64,000 nt of DNA from Blastocladiella emersonii ATCC 22665 (GCA_025594325.1 JANHCV010000009.1:124001-188000); one strand, 5' to 3'. Counted from the stretch's first letter, positions 11,986 to 23,750 are shown. Numbers and translations are program-made. The notes: generated from the sequence alone by a model not told the origin.

Positions 11986-12883
11986 TCACCGCCCCTTGAC
12001 GTCGACCACGACCAGCGCATCGCCGAACGCGCCCCACGCGCGCCGGTGTGTCGCGAACAGCGCCCACCACGTCACGAACAGGATGGTCCAGAAGGCGACG
12101 CCGACGGTTGCGTATTTGATGTCTACGAGCGGGTGTGCGAGAGGGATTGCGTGAGTGGGGGAGTTTCGTGAGCGCGACAAGCGTCGACTCGCGCCGAAAG
12201 GTTTGGAGCGTGTGGCAGGTGGACGAGGGCGGGGAGGATCGACGAGCGCAATGGGGGGGAGACGATGGACGAGCGTGATAGAAGGCCGGGTTTGGCGAAC
12301 GCGATGTAAGGTGCTGTTTGGCGAGCGCGAAAGGAGGGGTTCGGCGAGCGCGACGGAGTGAGGAGCTAGAGGAGCGCGAACGAGGGGCGGGAAAGAAAAA
12401 TGAATGATGCAAGTCGGTGAACATCGCGCAGAGGAGGACAGCCGTGAAGCACGCGAGTTCAGCGAGTGCAACAAACGGCGAGGCGATGAAAGACGAGTGC
12501 GAATGGAGACGAGTGCGACGGAGAGCGAGCGCAATGAAGGTGCGGGAGAGAAAGGCGAGTGATGGACGCAAGAAAGCGGAGCAGGATGATGGTGCAAGCG
12601 GTCGCGAGATGAACGGCTCATAAGAGGATAGCGGGACGCTAGCGCAGGCAAGGAACGCGGGATGGAGCGTGCGGGCTCCTCGACGGAACTCAGCGCGAGC
12701 AAAGAGGGACGCGATGCTCATACGTTGACGTAGCGCTGGCGCAACCGCCGTCCGCTCCGGGTCACGCGCGTGCGGCAGCACGTAGGCAATTTGCAGGAGC
12801 CACATGAGCGGAAGCGCCGGGATGCCCAGGAAGAGCATCGTCCGCGACGTCTTGAGCAGCTCCGCGTCGGTCATGGGCGGCAT
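11986..12883 (-). CDS. PEN2: Gamma-secretase subunit PEN-2 homolog (98 aa; exons 12883-12724 and 12122-11986; 601-nt intron)
   Basis: The spliced product MPPMTDAELLKTSRTMLFLGIPALPLMWLLQIAY...HIKYATVGVAFWTILFVTWWALFATHRRAWGAFGDAL matches PEN-2 size and motifs (LPFLW, WG.LGD.L). Donor GTATGA at 12723, acceptor TAG at 12123. Confidence 0.8.
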
Positions 12884-13218
12884 GGCGGGGTCGGGTGATT
12901 CGGTTACGTTGCAGTCGGTGGCAGTCGATGGCGTTGGCTACATGGGTTGTCGTTGGAGAGAGCGGGAGGGACGAGCCGAGTGGTGCCCAGCTTGAAGGTC
13001 GGCCGAGGTTTCGCGCCTCACATGACGCCGACGAAACGCGTTCCGCCTTCGGGACGGTTGATCTTCGGCGCGGGACGTGCAGGACGAAGACCCCAACACG
13101 GAACAGGGCGTGCGGTTTCGCGCTTCGCTCGAGCCTTGCCCGATCGTCAAAACCCGCTGCGGCCCCCGCACCGAGTCCGCGCTCCCCCGCACGAAGCATC
13201 TGCCCCACGAAACTTGCA

Positions 13219-14719
13219 ATGACGACCGCTACCCTTGAGGACCTCTACGTCCACGTCGAGCAGAACGAGGCGCTCTACATCGAGAAGCTGCGCGAGGTTG
13301 TCGCCATCCCGAGGTCCGCACGCTCTCGCGCCCCGCCGTGGTCAAGCTCGCCGACCTAACCTCGTTTGTCGGACGGGTAGTGTCTCCTCCGATGCCGCCT
13401 ACCGCCCCAAGGTCTTCGAGATGGGCGCCTGGCTCAACAAGGAGATGCAGCGCCTTGGCATCTCGACCAAGCTGCACCACCCCGGCAAGCACGTCATGGA
13501 CGGCCAGGAGCTCGAGCTCCCGCCCATCGTCCTCGGCAAGCTCGGCGAGGACCCCGCCAAGAAGACCATCCTGATCTATGGCCACTACGACGTGCAGCCC
13601 GCCCTCCTGTCCGACGGCTGGGAGTCGGACCCCTGGACCCTGACCGAGTGCGACGACGGCCGCCTCGTTGGTCGCGGCTCCACTGACGACAAGGGCCCCG
13701 TCATTGCCTGGCTGTGGGCCATCGAGGCGCACCAGAAGCTCGGCCTCGACCTGCCGGTCAACCTCCGGTTCTGCTTTGAGGGCATGGAGGAGAACGGCTC
13801 CGAGGGTCTCGACGAGCTGATTGTCGCCGAGGCCAAGGGTTACTTTGCCGACGTCGACGCCTGTTCCGTGTCCGACAACTATTACATCGGTACGACCAAG
13901 CCGTGCATCACGTACGGCCTGCGCGGTATCTCGTACTTCACGGCCACCGTCCAGGGTCCCGCGTGGGATCTGCACTCGGGCGTCTTCGGCGGCACCACCC
14001 ACGAGCCCATGACCGACCTGATCCACCTCATGCACTCGCTCGTCAAGCCCGATGGCACCATCCTGATCCCCGGCATCATGGACAACGTCGCGCCCGTCAC
14101 TGACGCCGAGTTTGAGATCTACGACAAGATCGACTTTGAGCTCGCTGACCTCGAGAAGTCGATTGGTGCCAAGGCCCTGATCCACGACGACAAGACCAAG
14201 ACCCTCATGCACCGCTGGCGCTTCCCGTCGCTGTCGCTGCACGGCATCGAGGGTGCCTTCTACGCCCCCGGCTCCAAGACCGTCATCCCCGCCAAGGTCA
14301 CGGGCAAGTTCTCGCTCCGCACCGTCCCCAACATGACGCCCGACGAGGTCGCCGCCAAGGTGACGGCCCACCTCGAGGCCGAGTTCGCCAAGCTCGGCTC
14401 CAAGAACACGCTCAAGGTCGAGGCCCTGCACGGCGGTAAGGCGTGGGTCGGCGACATCAACCACTGGAACTTCGTCGCCGCCATCAAGGCCACCGAGAAG
14501 GTTCACGGCGTGACCCCCGACCTCACCCGCGAGGGTGGCTCGATTCCGGTCGTGCTCACCTTTGCCGACGCGCTCGAGAAGTCGGTTGCCCTTATCCCGC
14601 TCGGCCGCGGCGACGACGGCGCCCACTCGGTCAACGAGAAGCTCGACAAGTCCAACTACATTAACGGCATCAAGCTCCTCGCCACGTACCTGCACGAGGT
14701 CGCCGCCAACGCCGAGTAA
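13219..14719 (+). CDS. DUG1: Cys-Gly metallodipeptidase (M20; DUG1/CNDP2), 1 intron
   Basis: YGHYDVQPA, GRGSTDDKGP, FEGMEENGS, DLHSGVFGG, REGGSIP, DDGAHSVNEK. Confidence 0.95.
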
Positions 14720-15045
14720 GGCGTGTGCACGCAGTTTTGCATCATCGCGAGTTTGTACCAACACGCAGTCTCTTTTTTTTTCTATCTCCTTGATCTCTTC
14801 GTCCTTGCCCGCTTTGAGCTCTCGAGCACGCTTGCCCTGTGCAGGTTTGTCGCGTCGCGGTCTGGAGTTGAGGTGATGATGACGAGCTATTCCTTGTAGT
14901 TTGAAGTTTGATACAGATACATAAACACGAAAAATGAAGTTGCGAATCGAAGCTGACGAGAACATTTCTTGTAACAACATGGATCGTCGCGACGCGACAA
15001 ACCTGAATTTTTAGGATTGGGAGAGACCTCAAGTCCTTCGATGTG

Positions 15046-15079
15046 TGGCATTGACGCGGCCTTGGCCGCGTCAATGCCA
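15046..15079. repeat. Perfect 16-bp inverted repeat with a 2-nt loop
   Basis: TGGCATTGACGCGGCC-TT-GGCCGCGTCAATGCCA. Confidence 0.9.
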
Positions 15080-15364
15080 ACCCACCACTCTCCTTCACAC
15101 AGGGTCGAACAGCTGACGGGGCAGCCGTGAGACAGCCTACGTTACGCGTTCGTCACAACACGTGTCCTGTGCTTTGCGTTGCAGCTCAACGTTCGCCTTT
15201 TCTTGAGCTGCAGGCAGCGGATCCGCCCCGAGAATTATAATGCTATGGATAAGCGTCAGTTATCTCACCATCTTTATCACATCCAGCTATATTTATTGCA
15301 AATCAATGGGAGAGGACACAGGGTTGAACGCGCAACCATCACTCGCAGCCATCATTCTCAGCCA

Positions 15365-17764
15365 TCACTCACTCTTTCGCGCGGTCACGGCGAGGAACTC
15401 GGGCGACTGCACGGCCACCGGCGCGACGCGACGCAGCTCCTTTTCCACGTCACGAGCGACGACCGCCTCGCCCGACTCGTGCCGATCATGATGCTTGGCA
15501 AGCTGATCCGCAATCCAGCTCGCGTCCTTGACGCCATCCAGCGCGCCGTCGGGCACCAGCTTCCAGAACGCAAGCGAGACCAAGTCGTTCTCGCCGCACA
15601 GGGCAAGCGTGCTCGAGAGCTCGAAGCGCGCAAGGAATCGGAAGGTCTCGCGCAGCGGAAACACGAGGCGAGACCCACAATGAGCGCAGTTGCTGGGGTC
15701 GTGCTGCCACGACCTCGCCTCGAGCGAAAGTCGGCACGGAAGTGTGCGTTGCGGTTCATCGAAAGCCGCCAGACGGATGGCCGAGGCGAGATCATTGGGG
15801 AACCAGTTTTCTGCGACCGCCTTGGACTTGAGCGTGCGCAGGGTCTCCATCGCGTGAAACCACGAGTCGTGGGTCTGCAGCGCGCACGACCCAGGTTTGT
15901 CGAGATCAGGCGCTTGATCAGAAGGCACAGAACCACTCCCAAGCTGGGCCATGAGCATGGCTGATAGAAAGCCGATCGCGTTGTTGCTGTGGCGAATGTA
16001 TGCGAGTGCCGAGTCGCGCTTGCTCGAGTCGTCAAGTAGGGATACAGGAATCCAGGCCAAGTGCACGACCTCGGGACGGTCTTCCGAAGCCGTGAAATCG
16101 AGATACGCGTTTGCCAGGTAGAGCAGAAACAGGCGGTCGACCTTTGAGCGAGGCGAGAATAGTCGGGCAACGACGGTGCAAGTCACATCGCGCAAATTGC
16201 CCTCGGGGCGAAGCAACTCGATGGCGGAACGCACCTGCTCCATCATGTCGAGGCGAAACTCCTCGGTCAGTTTTTCAGCAAAGTGTTGGTAAATGAAGCA
16301 AAGAAGGTTGTCCACGCTGTGCTCGCGCTCACCTCCGTCCAATAATGCAGTGGAAAGCGCTACACGATGTCCATTGCTCGTCAGTGTTATCAAGCAGCAA
16401 ACTTACGGTACAGCGTGCGCACCCTCGAGACAAGCGGCAGAGAGCCGTGAACCAAGCTGATCCGCAACAAACGTGGAGAGCTGGACTGTTCCTGTGCCCC
16501 TGCGCTGGTCAAGTGACATGAGAACAATACATCCCCACACGGTGATGTCCAGAATCTGGTGGTCGTCCAGAAGTTTGATGGCCAGGTGATCCGTCAACAT
16601 GCCCTCCAAACATCAGTATTTGAGTTCATAGAATATCGTCTCCCGGTCGTCGTGTGTTATCCCATCAGAGAAGAGCCCAGGAAACCTCTGAAGAGCGTGA
16701 ATAAGAACGTCGGGAGTTCCGTACTCGGCCAAGCAAACGATAAAGTGGTGACCCCGCGGAGTGCGGAGCGGACCTGGTCGGCAAGAGCTGAGGAGGTAAT
16801 CGAGGATTGGGAGCAGCTCTGAAGAAGGCTTGCTATCGACATTGGGAAAGTGAATCAGGGCTAAAGAGGCGAGCAGGTTTGGGCCTAGCGCATGCGCGAG
16901 CTTTTGCGGGTCCAAAACAAAGCCGTAGCTGCCAAGGTAGTTGAAGAGGGAGAGATTCCACGTCACGATGGCAAGGACAAACAAGTGGTCGAAGAACGAT
17001 AGGAGCATGGAGTCGGTGAGATCTTGGAGCTGGTGCAAATCAACCAAGTCGACAAGATTTTCAGCGTCGAGGAGGCTCTGAGTCTTGAGGGAGAGGTTGA
17101 ACCAGAAAAAGGCGAAGGTTTTCAATTCAAGGAGTTTTGGGGCTTGGGCCACAAATAGGTCGAGAACGTTCGCAAGGAGCTTGGGTCCGCCGAGCCGAAC
17201 AGCTGCTACGGCGATACGGAGTGCAGAAACACCTGGAGCAGCAAAGCAACGGTAAACGTTCGCCTTACGAGACGCCGGTGCGGGGGAGGACGACATCCGT
17301 TCGACCTCCATCCCGGCAAACGTGTTGAACGTCGCCAGGTCGTATTTGTCGTTGTAGCGGCGACGGGCGTCAAAGAGGAGAAGCTCCAAGACGACAAGCA
17401 TGAGCTCAGGGCTCAGATTTAACCCTGCGGGTACGGCTACGGCCATGTCTCTAGCTAGGTGCGACTGGTCGAGTATCCATCCCAGCTCGTCAACGACCCG
17501 CGGCGAACGAGCGCGGATATACTTGATCAACAAGCCATAATGAGTGTGGCGACTGACGACGACAGGCGCCCATGCGCGCTTTACGCAACGAGCACGCGCA
17601 GTGGACGCCAAGGTCCGCGTTGAGGTGCAAAGTATCGAGCGCGGGCGAGCTTGCTGGAGCACCATGCATAGGACCACATCCGGGAGTTGCGTAAAAGAGC
17701 AAGAAACCGCCGGATACGGTGATTTCCGGTCGCTCAAACTGTGTTGCGGCAAGTCCAGGTCCAT
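15365..17764 (-). pseudogene. Lineage-specific protein gene with an F-box-like N-terminus, interrupted by two in-frame stops (pseudogene or unresolved introns)
   Basis: ORFs 16613-17764, 16403-16609 and 15365-16393 share one frame, separated only by TGA (16615-16613) and TAA (16405-16403). N-terminal SFTQLPDVVLCMVL is F-box-like. Lower GC than neighbours. A GTAAGT donor overlaps the second stop. Confidence 0.45.
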
Positions 17765-18150
17765 TTCATTCGGTTTTCATTGATGGAGAACGGGGTCGAG
17801 GGCGATGGGTTCGTAGTATGACTGATAATGTTCCGCTCACCGGTTCTCCCAAAAAAAAACACGGGATCGATGTGGCGGATATGAGAGCGGCTTGGGAGGC
17901 TTGCTGGGCGGTGCGAGACGCGTTGCGCCACATCACGTGATATCGAAACGCGTCTCGCAGGCGTGTCTCGCGGCTGCTTTCACGCCATCGAGTCATGATC
18001 AAGTCCGAAAAAAAGTTACCAAAACAATTTTCATATGAATACAGAAACGGTGAACAGCAACAGAGTTGAGGAGGGTACTACGCGCTTTCGCCTACGTTTG
18101 AGGATATAGTCCGGCCCTCAGTTGCCTTCGTGTTGATGGGTGCGACTCGC

Positions 18151-19101
18151 TTACATGGGCGCGACCTTGCCCTTGGTCTTGCCGCGGATCACGGCACGCG
18201 GAACGGTGCGCGAAGCCGTTGCAGAGGACGACGCGGCGGCCGACGCGGCAGCAAGCTGGCGCTCCTCGCGGGCCGTCTCCTGCGCAGTCACCCAGAGCCG
18301 GTCAAAAGCGGCCTGCAGCGTCTGGTCGCCGCCGGCAGCGACCCCCGCCTCGTCAAGCAGGACTACAGGGCGCGGGAGCTCGAGGCCTACAAAGTCGCGC
18401 TGCGACATGGCCTGCTCGGCCGGCGAGCCGAGGCAGATGAACGTGACGCTCGGGCCGCGCGCGCGGCCGAGCAGGTCGCACACGGCCTTCGGGAGCTGCG
18501 GTCCCGCCGGCAACTGCTGGCCAGCATCGTGCGCGGCGGCCGTGGCCATGGCGCGGTGCGGGTCCAGTACGTACAGGATCAGGCTGGCCGAGTCCCAGAC
18601 GCGCGCGAGCATGGCGGCGTGCTTGCCGGACGTGTGCGGGAACACCTTGACGGCGTGCGTCTGCGACGCCGCCGAGCGGTACGTGACGTCGCGCGTGAGC
18701 TTGACGTCGGCGAACGCGCCGACGTGCGGCGCCAGGAGCTGCTCGACGGCCGCGAGCGGCACGCCGTCGTCACCTAGAAGGACTACGTGTTGGGGCGGCG
18801 CAACGTGCGTCGGAGTGACCCACGCGGCGACGCGCTCAAGCACGTCGGCGAGCGACGTCTCGCCGGGGTGAGCACGGAACGGCTTGGCCTTGCCCTTGCC
18901 GGACGACGAAGACGTTGAGGACGAGGCGCTGCTGACCGAGCCACTGCGGGTGCGGCTGCTGGTGCGGGGAACGACGGCGGGGGTGTAGGCCGGCGGCTCG
19001 ATGCCGGTCTCGTTGGTGGCGGGGATGTTCGTGTTGGGCGTGTACGGCGGCGGGGGCGGGATCGTTGAGGCCGGGGTGTTGGAGCGCGAGGTCGACGACA
19101 T
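18151..19101 (-). CDS. Protein with a Pro/Ser-rich N-terminus and a degenerate Ras/Rab-like GTPase fold
   Basis: VVLLGDDGVPL (G1-like, lacking GKS/T), VKVFPHTSG (G3-like position), SASLILYVLDP, VTFICLG. PPPPY motif in the N-terminus. Confidence 0.5.
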   Translation of the reverse strand: MSSTSRSNTPASTIPPPPPYTPNTNIPATNETGIEPPAYTPAVVPRTSSRTRSGSVSSASSSTSSSSGKGKAKPFRAHPGETSLADVLERVAAWVTPTHVAPPQHVVLLGDDGVPLAAVEQLLAPHVGAFADVKLTRDVTYRSAASQTHAVKVFPHTSGKHAAMLARVWDSASLILYVLDPHRAMATAAAHDAGQQLPAGPQLPKAVCDLLGRARGPSVTFICLGSPAEQAMSQRDFVGLELPRPVVLLDEAGVAAGGDQTLQAAFDRLWVTAQETAREERQLAAASAAASSSATASRTVPRAVIRGKTKGKVAPM

Positions 19102-20153
19102 GATGAGCTCGAGGGTGGGGTTGAGACTTGAGGTTGATGCGGTTGGTGATGGACCCCAGGACTCGGAGCTCAAGGTTTGGTTTGACACGGGCCACTCGAA
19201 CGAATGGGGGCCCGGCCCCTTCTTCTAGCGCCATGAATTCAAGGTGAGCGTAGCGCTCCGTTGTTCATCAAGCCAGCCGGAGGCGTTGACTGGGCCTGAG
19301 AAGGGCAGGGTATGCAGTGGCGCAGCAAAGTGGCGCAACTGACTCGACTGACTCGAAGCGCGCCTCCTCCACGCCTCCTGCGACGCGATGTGACGCGAAT
19401 GAGCGTAAGATATGGAGTGGCGCTGTCTCCGCCACCTCGGGAATGATAGCGAAGAGACGCGCGTGAACAAATGTTCACGGAGAGTGCTGAGAGTGGCGCC
19501 CGTTGATCTCTCAGACGCTGATGTGATCGTTCGCGCTGGCGTCTCGCGCAAGCAAGTTGTGCACTGAACACGCGTTCTGCAGTATAACTCGGTATCTAAT
19601 GTGCCGAACTGGTGGACTACTGGACTCTCCATGAAGCCCACACGCGTTTGAGTGAGGCGTTGAGGGTCGGTGAAGCATGTGCGACCGTGGCCGTGGCCAT
19701 GGTCATGGACGCGTCGATCAAGCGTCCCGTCGATGCCATTGCGACAATGCATTGCGTGGCCGCCTCACACGGGGAGAAACCGTCAACTTTGACCTCGTAC
19801 ATCGCTATCGAGGGAGCAGAACGCATCGCGAACACGAAGCTCGCGAAGCCGTGTCTTGGCGTGCGCGGGAGAAGCGACCAGATCATCATCTCGTTGACCG
19901 CTATGATACAACGCGCCCGACCAGTCTGTCAGGGAAACAACAGAGCTTGGTCGACGGCGCTGATAGTGGCGATCGAGAGAGACGGGCTGAACGGATCATC
20001 AGCGACATGGCACTATTCCGCGACCGCCGCCCTCACCAAGAATCAAGCTTCGCCAGGGAGCGCAGTGCGTCCATCGTACCGGATCTCTCAAAGGAACTAC
20101 AGTTGAGCAAGGTAATCAAGTATATACACTCCCATCCCACGACCCCCCACTTC

Positions 20154-20981
20154 CTACTGCCGGAAGTTGACGTACGGCGTGCTCGCAGGCGCGCCAAACT
20201 CGCGGGTCACGCCCTGCTTGACGGCGCCGACCACGCTCTGCATGCAGTGGACACACGTGTCGTAGGCGGCCGAGAGCGGCGACGCGGGCTTGGCCGTGAT
20301 GGGCGGCGCGTGGACGACGGGACCGACCGCGGTCATGGTGAGCACGGGCGACGCTGCTGCCTCGCGCACACTGCCCTTGGCGGCGGCGAGTTGCATCGCC
20401 ATACCCGACGCGGAACACTGCGCGCACGTGAGCCCCGTGTGGATGTGCGGCGGGGTGCGCGAGTTGGGCGACGAGAGCGACACCTCGCCCGCGGCCGCGG
20501 GGCGCGGGGACACGGCGCGGTCGAGCGGCGAGCCTGCGGGCAGGACGAGCGGCGACGGGACCCGGTCAATGTTCCCGATCGCAGCGGCGGCAGCGGGCGA
20601 CAGCAGCGGGGACGTGGGCAGGAGCGCCGACGAGGGCGACGCGTGCGCGTGCGCGGTCGGCGAGGCGAGCGAGATGGGCATGCGCGCGGCGCGGGCGAGC
20701 GGGCGGAGCACGGCTTCGGCCGACGGCGCAGCTTCCAGATCGGCGGCGGTTGGGTTGGAGGTGACGATGCTCGGGACGGCGGGGCGGGTCGCGGGCGACG
20801 ACTTGGCGAACGAGCCCCAGCCCGGACGGGTCTCGGCAAAGTGCTCGGCGCCGTGCAGCAGCTCGAGCGCCGGGTGCACGAGGTGCGGCGGGTGGCAGTG
20901 CTCGTGGTCGTCATGGGCGTGGTCGCCGCGGGCGAGCGCGGCCGCGGCCGAGTCGGGTTGCGAGTGCGAGTGCGAGGACAT
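20154..20981 (-). CDS. Hypothetical protein, His-rich N-terminus and Ser/Pro/Ala-rich core
   Basis: 275-aa ORF with coding-like codon use and an upstream TATA-like element (~21060). No family recognised. Confidence 0.55.
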   Translation of the reverse strand: MSSHSHSQPDSAAAALARGDHAHDDHEHCHPPHLVHPALELLHGAEHFAETRPGWGSFAKSSPATRPAVPSIVTSNPTAADLEAAPSAEAVLRPLARAARMPISLASPTAHAHASPSSALLPTSPLLSPAAAAAIGNIDRVPSPLVLPAGSPLDRAVSPRPAAAGEVSLSSPNSRTPPHIHTGLTCAQCSASGMAMQLAAAKGSVREAAASPVLTMTAVGPVVHAPPITAKPASPLSAAYDTCVHCMQSVVGAVKQGVTREFGAPASTPYVNFRQ

Positions 20982-21380
20982 GGTGTTGATTCGTGGAGAG
21001 AGTTACGTTGCGTTGCGAGTTTGAGAGGGAGCCGCTGGCGAGCGGGGGGAGCGAGCGGGCTTTATAGTCTGCGCGGCGGGACCGCGTGGGGCTCGTCCGT
21101 TCCCGGCGATGATCGGGGTCGGAGATGAACGGGGTGCGTGCGGGAGGGTGCGAAGCGGCGAGATGCAGCGGATCGGGCCGAGTCGGCGGCGGAGCGAAGT
21201 GGTTCGGGGAGGCGTCGGGGCCGCGGCAACGCGCGCATGCATGGCGGACGCGGGGTGCGCCACGCGACCAAACTCGCTCGCGAACGGCAAGCTTCGCGTT
21301 GGGATTCGAGGCGAGAAGAGTAGAGTAGAAACACGCCCGAGGATCGAAATAAATTAAGGTACACCACGTATCGCCCATCA

Positions 21381-22353
21381 CTAGTCCATCAGCTCGCCCT
21401 CTTCAAAGTCCTCGCCGTCGCCACCGTCGTCGGCGCCTCGTTCAGCCATGATGGCGTCCTCGTCGACCGTCGCACGAGCAGCGTCGACCGGCGCGGCAAA
21501 CACCGGCGGCTCGGGCTCGGCGACCTCGACCTTGACGCCCGGCGCGTCCGCGCTGGCCTCGGGCGCGCGCGCGAGGTCCGGTGCGCGGACGACGCCGAGA
21601 CACAGGTCGGCGAAGGCGGCAAACTCGGGGTTGGTGTGGAGCGCGCGCATGAGCATGGTCTCGCGGCCATCCACGTCATCGTCGGGGGCGGCGTCGATGG
21701 CGGTGATGAGCTCGCGCAGGGCCGTCGACTTGGACAGCATGGCGTGCACGTCCTCGGTATCGTTGAGCCGCGCGAGGCGCGCGAGCGGGATGCGCGCCAT
21801 GGCTTCCTCCTCGGCGACCAACTGCGACGCCGGGATGCCCGGGATCGACTTGATGTACCGCTCGGCGCCCAGGAACGCGCGCATGGGCCGCGGCTGGTCG
21901 GCAGGCGGGGCAGAGGAGGTGGAGGCGGCGGTGGGTTCGGGCGCCGCGGCCGACTCGGGCTTGGTGCACGGCGTCTCCTTGTGCACCTTGAGGCAGGCGA
22001 GCGAGCAGCTACACCGGGAGCACGCGGTTAGCACTGGGGTGCACCTCCACGCACAGAGAAGAGTCGTACTAGGGAATCAGGCAGGTAGTGCACTTGTACT
22101 TGGACGTCTGCTCCTTGCACACGGCGCAGTTCTTGGAGAACACGTTCTTGGCCGCGGGCACGGGTGCTGGTGCCGCGCCAATGACGCCGCCGCGGCCATA
22201 TCCGCTGCGGAACCCGCCGCCGCCGCGGCCGCCGCTGCTTCCTCCGCGGTACCCGCCCCGGCTGCCCCCTCGCGAGCTGCCGCGGCCGCCGCGACCACCA
22301 CCGCGACCGCGGCCCCGGCCGCGCGCATAGGGAGGAGGTCCATGAGATTCCAT
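21381..22353 (-). CDS. HIT1: HIT-type zinc-finger protein (Hit1/ZNHIT3-like box C/D snoRNP assembly factor) with an N-terminal RGG tract; intron 22009-22069
   Basis: The spliced sequence CAVCKEQTSKYKCTTCLIPYCSLACLKVHKETPC is a zf-HIT. The C-terminal LRELITAID...FAAFADLCLGVV is ZNHIT3-like. Confidence 0.75.
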
Positions 22354-22917
22354 TGGTGTTGCGTTGCAGCGGGTCGCACTTGGCCAAACGCGAGCGGGGG
22401 AGCGGGGAGACGAAGCGCGAGACAGCGGCAGGGAATGATGAAATGGCGGGGCAGGTGACCGGCAGCTGATGTCGTTTCCGGGCGGCGCCGACGTCGCACG
22501 CGCGTGTTGACTGGCGACCCCGCCGATGGTAATGGCCGATCGGCACCCCGCCACCACCCAGCTCTCCTCGCTCCAGCAGTCGCGCGCACACACCCTCGCC
22601 GAACGAGGTGCGTGACTTGCCGCAACACCATGTATCGAGCCATGCACGCGCGGGGACGCCGAGGGAATCGCGGTGGGGGATCTTGATGCAGCTGCTCTGA
22701 CGATCGCGACGAGGACCCGCTTGCTGTGCGGAGCAGCTCGTACCCGTGGCCTAGCCACTGTCATTCTCTGCTAGTTCGCCCGTACTTGGTCCGCCGAGCG
22801 CCTCGTCGCGGTCCTCGTCGACCCCGCGCGTCGTGTCGCCCTGACGTCCCGGAACCCACTAACCTCCGGACACTCGCGCCCATCTACAGTCCCCTCACCA
22901 CCACCACCACCACCACC

Positions 22918-23406
22918 ATGCTGTCCTCGCTCCGCACCGCCGCCGCCCCGGCCACCGCCCGCGCCCTGCTCGTGCAGCGCTCGTTCCCCGCGGCCGCCGC
23001 CATGGGTCTGCGCGCGCACTCGACGCTGCCCGACGCGTCCGCCAAGAAGCAGCGCCCGCTGTCGCCGCACCTGACCATCTACAACTGGAACATCACCAAC
23101 ACGCTTTCGGCGGCGCACCGCGTGACGGGTGCGGCGACGGGCGCGCTCGTGTACCTCGCCGCGTGGGCGGCCGCGGCCGGTGCGGGCTCCTCGGACCTCG
23201 TGGCCGCGGCCGCGTCGCTCCCCTCGGCCGTCTTCGTCCTCGGCAAGGCCGCTGTCATCGCGCCCACCATGTTCCACTCGTTCAACGGCATCCGCCACCT
23301 GTACTGGGACTCGGGCCGCGCCCTCTCGCTCAAGGGCGTGTACCAGACCGGCTACGCGGTTGTTGGCGCGACCGTCGTGTCGACCATTGGCCTGCTCCTG
23401 TGGTAA
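22918..23406 (+). CDS. SDH3: Succinate dehydrogenase cytochrome b560 subunit
   Basis: RPLSPHLTIY, SAAHRVTG, FHSFNGIRHLYWD; mitochondrial presequence. Confidence 0.95.
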   Translation: MLSSLRTAAAPATARALLVQRSFPAAAAMGLRAHSTLPDASAKKQRPLSPHLTIYNWNITNTLSAAHRVTGAATGALVYLAAWAAAAGAGSSDLVAAAASLPSAVFVLGKAAVIAPTMFHSFNGIRHLYWDSGRALSLKGVYQTGYAVVGATVVSTIGLLLW

Positions 23407-23750
23407 GCTCGCCGAGTGTGTGTCTGTTGTCCCTCCCCCCGCTCCTTCCCCTACCCTACGTCATGAATATGTGATTCTGTATCCACCCGCCCTGCCCACT
23501 CTCTCTCAACCAACCCGTCATCCCAAGAAGCTTGAAAACAGGAAACTGCCGGGCGTGAACGGCGGACAGCGGTCGAGGGTCGCACGCGCGCGTCGGTGGC
23601 CATGCTCGTCCTGCACCCTCCTCGCGTCGCAGCGCGACCTCTCGACCTCCCTCCTACGCACCCACGCCCACGAGAAAAGCACGCGTAACCCGAAATCGAA
23701 TGAAAGGATATTTGCTTATAATACACAAAAACGGCCCACCAACCCGATCA

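Noticed and set aside
14870-14960. Possible C/D snoRNA (GTGATGA...CTGA) downstream of DUG1
   Set aside because: No terminal stem and only ~8 nt of rRNA complementarity that I can recall; more likely 3'UTR.
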